Assembly (NCBI GenBank): GCA_049303155.1
Contig: JBAQMW010000339.1
Span: 1 to 49,238 of the forward strand
Reading direction: 5' to 3'
DNA: 49,238 nucleotides
Source of the DNA: Thermodesulfobacteriota bacterium
GTDB taxonomy: Bacteria; Desulfobacterota; GWC2-55-46; DRQE01
Shown in pieces: positions 9,009 through 15,734 of this stretch (position 1 is the stretch's first letter; the number at the start of each line of letters is the position of its first letter). A program made the position numbers and the translations under genes. The notes beneath the pieces are model-generated. The model was not told the DNA's origin. It did no database searches and saw only the letters and a list, made by a program, of their open reading frames with translations.

Positions 9009-11411
9009 TTATTTGGCCTTCACGAGCCTCTTTATCCTCTCGACCGCCGCCGTCGCGTCGCCGCCGTACTCGTCCGCGCCGATTTTTTTCGCGAACTCAG
9101 GCGTTACGACCGCGCCTCCGACGATGGTTTTTACCTTCACTCCCTCGTCCTTGAGTTTCTTTATCACCTTATCCATCTCCATGACCGTCGTCGTCATGAG
9201 GGCGGATAAACCAACAACGTCGGCTTTAGTTTTTTTCGCCTCTTCCACTATCTTTTTAGCAGAGACGTTTTTGCCTAAGTCTATTACCTCGAAGCCGTGG
9301 TTTTCAAGGAGAGTCGAGACTATATTTTTTCCTATGTCGTGGATGTCTCCCTCGACCGTGGCCATTATGACCTTGCCGAGACTTGGGCCGGTCTGGCCGT
9401 GAAATTCCTTTTTAAGCCTCGTAAAGGCCTTTTTTACCGTATCGGCGGATAGTATGACCTGAGGAAGGAAATATTTGTTGCACGCGAAAAGCCGCCCCAC
9501 CTCGTCAAGCCCCGGTATGAGTCCCTCATTGCCGATTTTTAACGGCCCCCATCCTGCTTTAATTGCCTCTTCAACGAGACTGACTATGTTTTCTTCGTCC
9601 CCTGAAATCACGGCATGGCTGAGTTTTTCCTCGAGGCTTTCAGGTTTTTTCGTTTGAATGGCCTTTTCAAAAGAAGGAGACCTCGTCTCGAACCTCTTTA
9701 TATAGCGGTCGGCCTTGGCGTCAAGGGCCAAGAGAACGGAGCTTGCGTGGAACGCGTCCATCATGGCTTGGTTCTTGGTGTTCATTATGGCGCAGTCCAA
9801 GCCGGCGGCCATTGCCATTGAAAGAAAATTCGAATTCACGGTCTCCCTCGAAGGAAGGCCGAAAGAGATATTGCTCACTCCGAGCGCGGTCGTGAGGCCG
9901 AGTTCTTGCTTCACGAGCCTTATTGCCCTTAAGGTTTCGAGCGCGCCCTTTGGCTCCGCGCTTATTGTCATGGCGAGGCAGTCTATATAGACGTCTTCTT
10001 TTTTTATTCCGATTTTTTTAGCGCGAGCGAGGATTTTTCTCGCGACCTTGAGCCTTCCTTCGGCTGTCGCTGGTATGCCGCTATCGTCGAGGCTTAAGCC
10101 CAAAACAGCGGCCCCGTATTTTTTCGCGAGAGGCAGAATGGTTGAGAGTTTTTTCTCTTCTCCGCTAACGGAATTTATCAGGGCCTTGCCGTCGCACGCC
10201 TTAAGCCCTGCCTCTATCACCTTGGGGTCTGCAGAATCTATGACTATGGGGCACGCAGTGTTTTCGTTTACAGTAAAGACCGCCCTCGTCATGGCGGACA
10301 CTTCGTCTATGCCCGGCACCCCGACGTTTACGTCGAGGATATGCGCTCCGCTTTCGGTCTGCTCCTTCGCCTCCTGCCTTATCATCGCGGTCTTGCCCTC
10401 TTTTATCTCGGAGGCGAGGGTCTTTCTTCCGGTCGGGTTTATCCTTTCGCCGATTGTTACGGGAGGAAGGCCGTTTCCGAAAAGAACGTGAGTTGTTCTG
10501 CTTGAAAGCGAGGAAAAAGACTTTGCTCTTCCCCGCTCCTGCTTCATGGACAAAAACGCCTTGCCCATTTTCTCGATGTGTTCGGACGTGGTGCCGCAGC
10601 AGCCGCCGAGTATCCTCACTCCGACTGAGACGAGCTTGGGCACGTATTCGGTCATCTCTTCTGGAGTGGCCGGGAATATGGTTTCATCGCCTTTTAAAAC
10701 CGGTATGCCCGCGTTCGGCTGGGCTATCAAAGGAAGGTCGGTAACCACGCTCATCTCGACTAAGGCCTTATATATGCCTTCTATTCCGAGCGAGCAGTTT
10801 GCGCCTACGCAGTCCGCTCCGAGAGAGTCCGCTATTATGGCGAAGGCCTTGGGAGAGGTGCCGAGGATTGTTCTCATCGAGAGGTCGAAGGTCATTGTGG
10901 CGACTATGGGGAGATTTGTTTCTTTCGCGCCTATTATAGCGGCCTTCATTTCCTTTATGTCCATCATTGTTTCTATTATGATGAGGTCGGCTCCTCCGTC
11001 TTTAAGCGCCTTCGCCTGCTCGCTGAAAACAGAAACAGCCTCGTCAAAGTCCATGTCCCCGACAGGCTTTACGAACCTTCCTGTCGGGCCGATGCCCCCG
11101 GCCACGAAGAGGCTTTTCCCTACCGCCGTTTTGGCGTTTTTGACGGCCGCGATGTTTATCTCGCGAAGTTTTTTTTCAAGGCCGTACTCCGCGAGTTTTA
11201 TCCTGTTCGCGCCGAAGGTGTTTGTGGTTACGACGTGAGAACCGGCTTTTTTATAGGCAAGGTGGACTTTTTTCACGATGTCCGGCTGAGTCAGGTTAAG
11301 CTCGTCAGGGCATCCGCCGGGCTTGAGCCCGAGCCTTTGGAGCATGGTTCCCGTTGCGCCGTCGAATATGACGGGCCGGGATTTGAGGAATTTTCTAAAG
11401 TCTTTTGGCAT
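9009..11411 (-). CDS. metH: cobalamin-dependent methionine synthase, short form (Hcy S-methyltransferase + pterin-binding + B12-binding; no reactivation domain)
   Basis: 800 aa. N-terminal Hcy-binding domain (GGCCGTT), pterin-binding TIM barrel, B12 motif DIHDIG (DxHxxG). ORF ends right after the B12 Rossmann domain. Confidence 0.88.
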   Translation of the reverse strand: MPKDFRKFLKSRPVIFDGATGTMLQRLGLKPGGCPDELNLTQPDIVKKVHLAYKKAGSHVVTTNTFGANRIKLAEYGLEKKLREINIAAVKNAKTAVGKSLFVAGGIGPTGRFVKPVGDMDFDEAVSVFSEQAKALKDGGADLIIIETMMDIKEMKAAIIGAKETNLPIVATMTFDLSMRTILGTSPKAFAIIADSLGADCVGANCSLGIEGIYKALVEMSVVTDLPLIAQPNAGIPVLKGDETIFPATPEEMTEYVPKLVSVGVRILGGCCGTTSEHIEKMGKAFLSMKQERGRAKSFSSLSSRTTHVLFGNGLPPVTIGERINPTGRKTLASEIKEGKTAMIRQEAKEQTESGAHILDVNVGVPGIDEVSAMTRAVFTVNENTACPIVIDSADPKVIEAGLKACDGKALINSVSGEEKKLSTILPLAKKYGAAVLGLSLDDSGIPATAEGRLKVARKILARAKKIGIKKEDVYIDCLAMTISAEPKGALETLRAIRLVKQELGLTTALGVSNISFGLPSRETVNSNFLSMAMAAGLDCAIMNTKNQAMMDAFHASSVLLALDAKADRYIKRFETRSPSFEKAIQTKKPESLEEKLSHAVISGDEENIVSLVEEAIKAGWGPLKIGNEGLIPGLDEVGRLFACNKYFLPQVILSADTVKKAFTRLKKEFHGQTGPSLGKVIMATVEGDIHDIGKNIVSTLLENHGFEVIDLGKNVSAKKIVEEAKKTKADVVGLSALMTTTVMEMDKVIKKLKDEGVKVKTIVGGAVVTPEFAKKIGADEYGGDATAAVERIKRLVKAK

Positions 11412-11484
11412 GAATATCTACCTTTCTTATCGTCATCGCGGTAAGCGCTATGACGCGGTAATTTTATTATTCCTTAACGCGGTT

Positions 11485-11513
11485 ATTGTATCTATTTGAA
11501 AGGAAGGTATCAA
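11485..11513 (-). promoter_or_regulatory. putative sigma70-type promoter of metH
   Basis: Minus strand: TTGATA (11508-11513), 17-nt spacer, TACAAT (11485-11490). An imperfect 10-bp hairpin (approx 11431-11458) follows in the leader. Confidence 0.45.
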
Positions 11514-11521
11514 GAAAGAAT

Positions 11522-11610
11522 CAAGGACTGCGCCCTTGACCCTCAATGTTTTAATTTATGTGGAGGCATGCAGGCCACAGCGGTCTATTGATTCATTGTG
11601 CTGTCCGCAG
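11522..11610 (+). repeat. interspersed repeat family A, copy A1
   Basis: caaggactgcgcccttgaccc..aatgtttt..ggccac..ctattgattcattgtgctgtccgcag aligns with copies at 2185-2288(-), 44936-45022, 45476-45562 and 45562-45653. Confidence 0.8.
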
Positions 11611-11620
11611 GACAAATCCC

Positions 11621-11650
11621 TTGACTTCACCGCTTAAAAAACATTATTAT
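11621..11650 (+). promoter_or_regulatory. putative promoter of tRNA-Asn
   Basis: TTGACT (11621-11626), 18-nt spacer, TATTAT (11645-11650), 34 nt upstream of the tRNA 5' end. Confidence 0.45.
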
Positions 11651-11683
11651 AATTACTTCCTGTTTTAACGGACTTTACGATAT

Positions 11684-11759
11684 TCCCGGGTAGCTCAGCC
11701 GGCAGAGCGGGTGACTGTTAATCACCATGTCGGGGGTTCGAATCCCTCCCCGGGAGCCA
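11684..11759 (+). tRNA. tRNA-Asn (anticodon GTT), CCA encoded
   Basis: Hand-folded cloverleaf: 7-bp acceptor stem tcccggg/cccggga, D arm gctc..gagc, anticodon stem ggtga/tcacc with loop ctGTTaa, T arm ggggg-ttcgaat-ccctc, discriminator g, CCA. Confidence 0.9.
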
Positions 11760-11770
11760 GTTTATCATAA

Positions 11771-11805
11771 GGGTTGCGAAGTTTTTCGCAGCCCTTTTGT
11801 TTTTG
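11771..11805 (+). terminator. rho-independent terminator after tRNA-Asn
   Basis: 10-bp stem gggttgcgaa/ttcgcagccc (one G-U pair), 4-nt loop, then ttttgttttt. Confidence 0.8.
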
Positions 11806-11922
11806 CGTGGCAAAACAGGGACACTTCCCCCTTTTTTCAGGCCCTAATCCTTGTGTGGGTTACGGCCTTTTTTTCTTAAGATTCCTCTTGAGGCCGCCCT
11901 CCATAAATCGTAAACTCTATGA

Positions 11923-12342
11923 ATGATTCGGATAACTAAAGACATCTTTATAAACGAGGCCGAGATACAGGAGGAGTTCATCCGCTCCGGAGGTCCGGGC
12001 GGCCAGCACGTGAATAAGGTCTCCACTGCCGTGCAACTTCGATTTAACATAAGGGAATCGAAACTCCCTTTGGACGTAAAAGACAGGCTCATCCTCCTTT
12101 GCGGGAATAGGGTTACTGAAGACGGAACGTTCATCATCTTCGCGCGGGAGTTCAGGAAAAGAGAGATGAACAGGGCCGCGGCCTTTGATAAACTCATAGG
12201 CCTCATAAGCAAGGCCGCTTTGAGGCCGAAAAAGCGGGTAAAGACAAAGCCGTCCAAGGCGGCAAAGGAAAAACGGATTAAGGAGAAAAAGCAAAGAGGC
12301 CGCGCCAAAAAAATCAGGCAGAAGGTGAAAGCAGAGGAGTAG
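11923..12342 (+). CDS. arfB: peptidyl-tRNA hydrolase / alternative ribosome-rescue factor ArfB (YaeJ family)
   Basis: 139 aa. GGQ motif in GGPGGQHVNKVSTAV, followed by a long Lys/Arg-rich C-terminal tail, as in ArfB. Confidence 0.85.
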   Translation: MIRITKDIFINEAEIQEEFIRSGGPGGQHVNKVSTAVQLRFNIRESKLPLDVKDRLILLCGNRVTEDGTFIIFAREFRKREMNRAAAFDKLIGLISKAALRPKKRVKTKPSKAAKEKRIKEKKQRGRAKKIRQKVKAEE

Positions 12343-12354
12343 AGGGAGTTGCGT

Positions 12355-12463
12355 CCCCCTCACCCATGCTCCTGTCCGGGAGAGGAAGTAACTGACCCTC
12401 TTCCGACGGGAGTTTGTTTTTTTACCTCCTCTCCCCTTTGGGGAGAGGAATGAGGTGAGGGGG
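12355..12463. repeat. nested palindromic repeat element
   Basis: Outer arms ccccctcacc (12355-12364) / ggtgaggggg (12454-12463). Inner hairpin cctctcccc-ttt-ggggagagg (12428-12448) recurs at 12537-12557. Confidence 0.75.
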
Positions 12464-12504
12464 TTTTATTCTCTTTTCTATAAATTCTACAATCTCGTCC
12501 CCCG

Positions 12505-12526
12505 ACCCACGCCGCTTGGCGTGGGT
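12505..12526 (-). repeat. family C palindrome core (acccacgcc-NNNN-ggcgtgggt), copy C1
   Basis: Perfect 9-bp stem with 4-nt loop. Reverse complement matches copies at 17235-17256 and 24444-24465. Confidence 0.85.
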
Positions 12527-12667
12527 ACCACGCTACCCTCTCCCCTTTGGGGAGAGGAAAATGAGACAAGGCAAACCCCCTTCCCTTGACTATACTCTTG
12601 AAATGAGTTTTACTTTAAAAGTCATGTTCCGTCAAAATGCCATAGGTGTCATGCTGAACCATGTTTT

Positions 12668-12698
12668 GTCATTCCCGCGGTGTTTTGAGCGGGAATCC
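12668..12698. repeat. family D palindrome (gtcattcccgcg..cgggaatcc), copy D1
   Basis: Same termini as 15592-15671, 22151-22200 and 22232-22336. Confidence 0.7.
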
Positions 12699-12763
12699 AG
12701 TAGCAGGGCGGGCTGTGCCACCTGAAAAGTTTTTGAGGGTTTTAAAGAGTCTAAGGGAGACTT

Positions 12764-13834
12764 ATGGCGCGTCTATTGAAAACAAGGTCTAAGAAAAAAG
12801 GCCTTCCGCCCGGAACGCTCGTCCACATCGGGGAAAAGCGCGCCCAAGGGGCGAGCATCACAATCATTGATTATGACGAAACAAACGTCAGCGAATTAGA
12901 GATAAAAACCCTTGACCAGTGTTTTCCATTTAAGGAAAGCCCGACCGTTACATGGATAAACGTAGAGGGGCTCGACGCGAACGTAATACAGAAACTCGGC
13001 GACTGTTACGGCTTCCATCCCCTCGTGCTCGAAGACATCTTGAACACAGACCAGCGCCCAAAGATTGAAGACTACGGCGAATATATCTACATCGTAGTGA
13101 AGATGTTCAGCGAGAGGAAGGGAAGGAGCGGAATCGAGTTCTTTTCCGAGCAGGTCAGCATAATACTCGGAAAAAACTTCGTCATATCGTTTCAGGAAGG
13201 CGTAAAGGGAGACGTCTTTAACCACGTAAGGGAGCGGATAAGAAGCGGCAAGGGTAGGATAAGAAGCACGGGAGCGGATTATTTAGCCTACTCTCTCATG
13301 GACGCGATAGTTGATAATTACTTCGTGATACTCGAGGCCGTCGGAGAGAGGATAGAGGATATAGAAGACGAACTCGTCAGCCACCCGGCGCCGCACACGT
13401 TGAGAAACATACACGAACTCAAAAGAGAGATGATATACCTCAGAAAATCCGTATGGCCTTTGAGGGAGGTCGTAAGCTGGCTTGAGCGCGGCGGCTCTCC
13501 CCTTATAAAGCAGGCGACGGCCCTTTATTTAAGGGACGTTTACGACCACACGGTGCAGGTCATTGACGCGATAGAGACCTCGCGCGAGATGCTCTCAGGA
13601 ATGCTTGATATTTATATTTCGAGCCTCTCTAACCGCCTTAACGAGATAATGAAGTTCTTGACCATCATCGGCACGATATTCATCCCCCTTACCTTCGTCG
13701 TCGGAGTTTACGGAATGAACTTCGATATCATGCCCGAGCTTCGGTGGAAGTACGGATATTTTATCGTGCTTTTTGCGATGTTTTTAGTGTCGGTTTCCAT
13801 GCTCTTTTATTTCAGACGGAAGAAGTGGATTTGA
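12764..13834 (+). CDS. corA: magnesium/cobalt transporter CorA
   Basis: 356 aa. Cytoplasmic N-domain, two C-terminal TM helices with the signature YGMNF between them, basic tail RRKKWI. Confidence 0.92.
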   Translation: MARLLKTRSKKKGLPPGTLVHIGEKRAQGASITIIDYDETNVSELEIKTLDQCFPFKESPTVTWINVEGLDANVIQKLGDCYGFHPLVLEDILNTDQRPKIEDYGEYIYIVVKMFSERKGRSGIEFFSEQVSIILGKNFVISFQEGVKGDVFNHVRERIRSGKGRIRSTGADYLAYSLMDAIVDNYFVILEAVGERIEDIEDELVSHPAPHTLRNIHELKREMIYLRKSVWPLREVVSWLERGGSPLIKQATALYLRDVYDHTVQVIDAIETSREMLSGMLDIYISSLSNRLNEIMKFLTIIGTIFIPLTFVVGVYGMNFDIMPELRWKYGYFIVLFAMFLVSVSMLFYFRRKKWI

Positions 13835-13839
13835 GGGGG
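13751..13839 (+). repeat. direct repeat 1 (functional corA 3' end)
   Basis: About 88 nt repeated, with scattered substitutions, at 14592-14680. Confidence 0.85.
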
Positions 13840-13846
13840 AGTTGCG

Positions 13847-13875
13847 TTGACAATTTGGCATAATAGTAATACAAT
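13847..13875 (+). promoter_or_regulatory. putative sigma70-type promoter of the second RHH-PIN operon
   Basis: TTGACA (13847-13852), 17-nt spacer, TACAAT (13870-13875). Overlaps GTAATACAATATA (13866-13878). TATACA direct repeats lie downstream. Confidence 0.55.
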
Positions 13876-13914
13876 ATATACATATTATACAAGATATACA
13901 AAGGAGGACGAACA

Positions 13915-14163
13915 ATGTCTACGCAAATGGTCATAAGAGTGGAGCCGGAGCTTAAGGAAAGGCTCAATAGGCTTGCCAGAGGAGAGGGCAAGACCACAAG
14001 CGAGATGGTGAGAGAGCTTCTCGAAAGTTACATCGAGGAGCATGATATCGGTTCTTATATCGACGACCTTTGGGGCAGGGTCGGCAAGAAACTCAAGGCC
14101 AAGGGGGTAACGCCCGGCGCCGTAAGCATGGCCGTAAAGGCCGCGCGAAAAGGCAAAAGATGA
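13915..14163 (+). CDS. ribbon-helix-helix (CopG-like) antitoxin
   Basis: 82 aa, VIRVEPELKERLNRLARGEGKTTSEMVRELLESYI is an RHH pattern. aaggagg SD. Paralog of 8742..8960. Confidence 0.85.
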   Translation: MSTQMVIRVEPELKERLNRLARGEGKTTSEMVRELLESYIEEHDIGSYIDDLWGRVGKKLKAKGVTPGAVSMAVKAARKGKR

Positions 14164-14564
14164 GGGTTGTGATAGACACCAACGTCTTTGTTTCGTCCTT
14201 TTTCGGCGGCAATCCCAAAAAAATCATAGACCTTTGGAGGAAAGAGAAGATAACTTTGTGTCTCTCCAAAGACATACTTGAGGAATACGTCGAGGTCTTG
14301 AGAAGAATCGGCCTCGAGGACGAAGAGGAGCTTTCCGAGCTTTTGAATCTTTTTTCAAAAGGGTTCAATATAGCCTTTACGGCAAAAACTCCGGAAATCA
14401 ATCTGGTCGAAGACGACCCGGACGACGACAAATTCATCGAATGCGCCGTCGCGTTAAAGGCAAAAGCGGTTATTACTGGGGATAAAGCGCTTGGAGCGGT
14501 AAAAGAGTATATGGGGATAAAGGTATTAAACCCGGCGCAGTTTTTGAGAAGTTTTACAGGGTGA
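14160..14564 (+). CDS. PIN-domain toxin (PIN_3 / TIGR00305-like)
   Basis: ATG at 14160 overlaps the antitoxin stop (ATGA). MRVVIDTNVFVSS, DDPDDDKFIECA, VITGDKAL. The listed start 14070 lies inside the antitoxin gene. Confidence 0.88.
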   Translation: MRVVIDTNVFVSSFFGGNPKKIIDLWRKEKITLCLSKDILEEYVEVLRRIGLEDEEELSELLNLFSKGFNIAFTAKTPEINLVEDDPDDDKFIECAVALKAKAVITGDKALGAVKEYMGIKVLNPAQFLRSFTG

Positions 14565-14591
14565 GGTAAAACCGTCGTCGTCTTAAACTTC

Positions 14592-14675
14592 TACGGATAT
14601 TTTATCGTGATTTTGGGGATGCTTTTAGCGGCGGTTTCGATGCTCTTCTATTTCAGACGGAAGAAGTGGATATGA
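14592..14675 (+). pseudogene. orphan duplicate of the corA 3' end (last TM helix plus tail)
   Basis: Reads YGYFIVILGMLLAAVSMLFYFRRKKWI-stop; corA itself ends YGYFIVLFAMFLVSVSMLFYFRRKKWI-stop. No upstream coding continuity. Confidence 0.8.
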
Positions 14676-14705
14676 GGGGGGCGGGCGAAGTAATTTTTTA
14701 AACGA

Positions 14706-14720
14706 TCGCTGTCCCTATTT
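14706..14720 (+). repeat. left arm of a perfect 15-bp inverted repeat flanking ORF 14752..15486
   Basis: tcgctgtccctattt; its reverse complement aaatagggacagcga is at 15560-15574. Confidence 0.85.
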
Positions 14721-14751
14721 TATTAAATCTAACTTATGGGGCTAATTATAC

Positions 14752-15486
14752 ATGAAGAATGAATCGCAATTACCATGGGCATCAGGCCCCGGAGAGATTT
14801 TACGGCACGGATTGTCTCTCCTAAAAAAAGACAGCGACACGAATCGCCGCCTTGCTATGATCAGTATCGATAATTCCGTCGAGTTGATGATAAAGACCTA
14901 TCTTGGGCTACCAAAGCGAATTACGGGCTTAACTATAGCTAGAAAACAGTATCAGGAAATTTCCGAAAGTTTTCCGGCATTGCTCGATGGGCTAGAGCAA
15001 TTTGCTCCAAACAAACTTGATGGAATTGACCTTGGAACAATCGAGTGGTACCACCGTCTCCGTAACGAACTTTATCACCAAGGGAATGGGCTTACTGTTG
15101 AAAGAGATAAGGTCGAGATTTATGCAGAGTTAGCGAACAAACTTTTTAAAAACCTATTTGGCGAAGAGTTGGTAGCGCATGCTACGCTGGAAACGGAGCT
15201 ACTCGGTGAATTCATAAGCGCTTGGGTTTCTCTCGAAAGTGGTTTGCGTGCATGGGCTAGCCGTCACTCCCTGACAGGGCAAGTCCACGACAGTATGTTG
15301 TATAATATGAAGTTCCTGCAAGATGCAGGAATACTTGGAAAAGCCCAAATCGCCGAGCTAAACCATATCAGGCACATCAGAAACGAAATCATTCATGGTC
15401 AGATTGATTACAAACAGGGTTTGACTAAAGATTTAATTGAGCGGGTCAAAGATTATGCGAATGTTTTCGATGAAAATCAGGCATAA
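14752..15486 (+). CDS. hypothetical protein with two Rx4H motifs (candidate tandem-HEPN protein)
   Basis: 244 aa. WYHRLRNELYHQG (motif nt 15061-15078) and IRHIRNEIIHG (nt 15379-15396), each at the end of a helical half. More AT-rich than the flanks. Confidence 0.65.
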   Translation: MKNESQLPWASGPGEILRHGLSLLKKDSDTNRRLAMISIDNSVELMIKTYLGLPKRITGLTIARKQYQEISESFPALLDGLEQFAPNKLDGIDLGTIEWYHRLRNELYHQGNGLTVERDKVEIYAELANKLFKNLFGEELVAHATLETELLGEFISAWVSLESGLRAWASRHSLTGQVHDSMLYNMKFLQDAGILGKAQIAELNHIRHIRNEIIHGQIDYKQGLTKDLIERVKDYANVFDENQA

Positions 15487-15559
15487 CAATTCGTTCTAAG
15501 CTGGTTAGTTCAATCGATATCATTGGCAATACGGGGAAAATAGGGGGAAATAGAATAGG

Positions 15560-15574
15560 AAATAGGGACAGCGA
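15560..15574 (-). repeat. right arm of the 15-bp inverted repeat
   Basis: aaatagggacagcga, the exact reverse complement of 14706-14720. Confidence 0.85.
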
Positions 15575-15591
15575 CTGTTTTTATTCTTTCT

Positions 15592-15671
15592 GGATTCCCG
15601 CTCCGATGTTTCAATACGGAGCGTCCCGTATCAAGGGGCATCGGGACGCTCAGAAGACCGCGGGAATGACA
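15592..15671. repeat. family D termini enclosing family E module, copy D2/E1
   Basis: ggattcccgc ... gcgggaatgaca termini. The inner gctccgatgtttcaatacggagcgtcccgtatcaaggggcatcgggacg matches 46041-46095. Confidence 0.8.
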
Positions 15672-15734
15672 AAAAGCGGAAGTTATCTTAAACCGTTCGT
15701 CCTGAGCTTGTCGAAGGACTAACGGTTTAATTCC

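Noticed and set aside
10546-11238. 230-aa plus-strand ORF and others (9013..9402, 10048..10491) opposite metH; also 4515..5252 opposite the HlyD gene
   Set aside because: They are Ser/Ala/Pro-rich shadow frames of GC-biased genes, and the opposite-strand gene calls are far better supported.
11412-11520. Riboswitches: SAM or B12 upstream of metH, B12 upstream of the nitroreductase-nrdJ operon (44885-45026), M-box upstream of corA (12570-12763)
   Set aside because: I could not recognise the conserved cores (for example the B12 box), and the regions are largely occupied by repeat elements. Only a proper Rfam/Infernal scan could settle this.
12360-12725. Small ORFs 12360..12569(-) and 12516..12725(+); likewise 18681..18909, 22033..22458, 40440..40773
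   Set aside because: They are composed almost entirely of interspersed palindromic repeats (ggggagagg hairpins, families B, C and D). They are artefacts of translating repeats.
7713-15734. Integrase, transposase or recombinase genes that would explain the corA-end duplication and the inverted-repeat-bounded cassette
   Set aside because: No ORF in or near these regions shows DDE, tyrosine- or serine-recombinase motifs, so no mobile_element feature was called.
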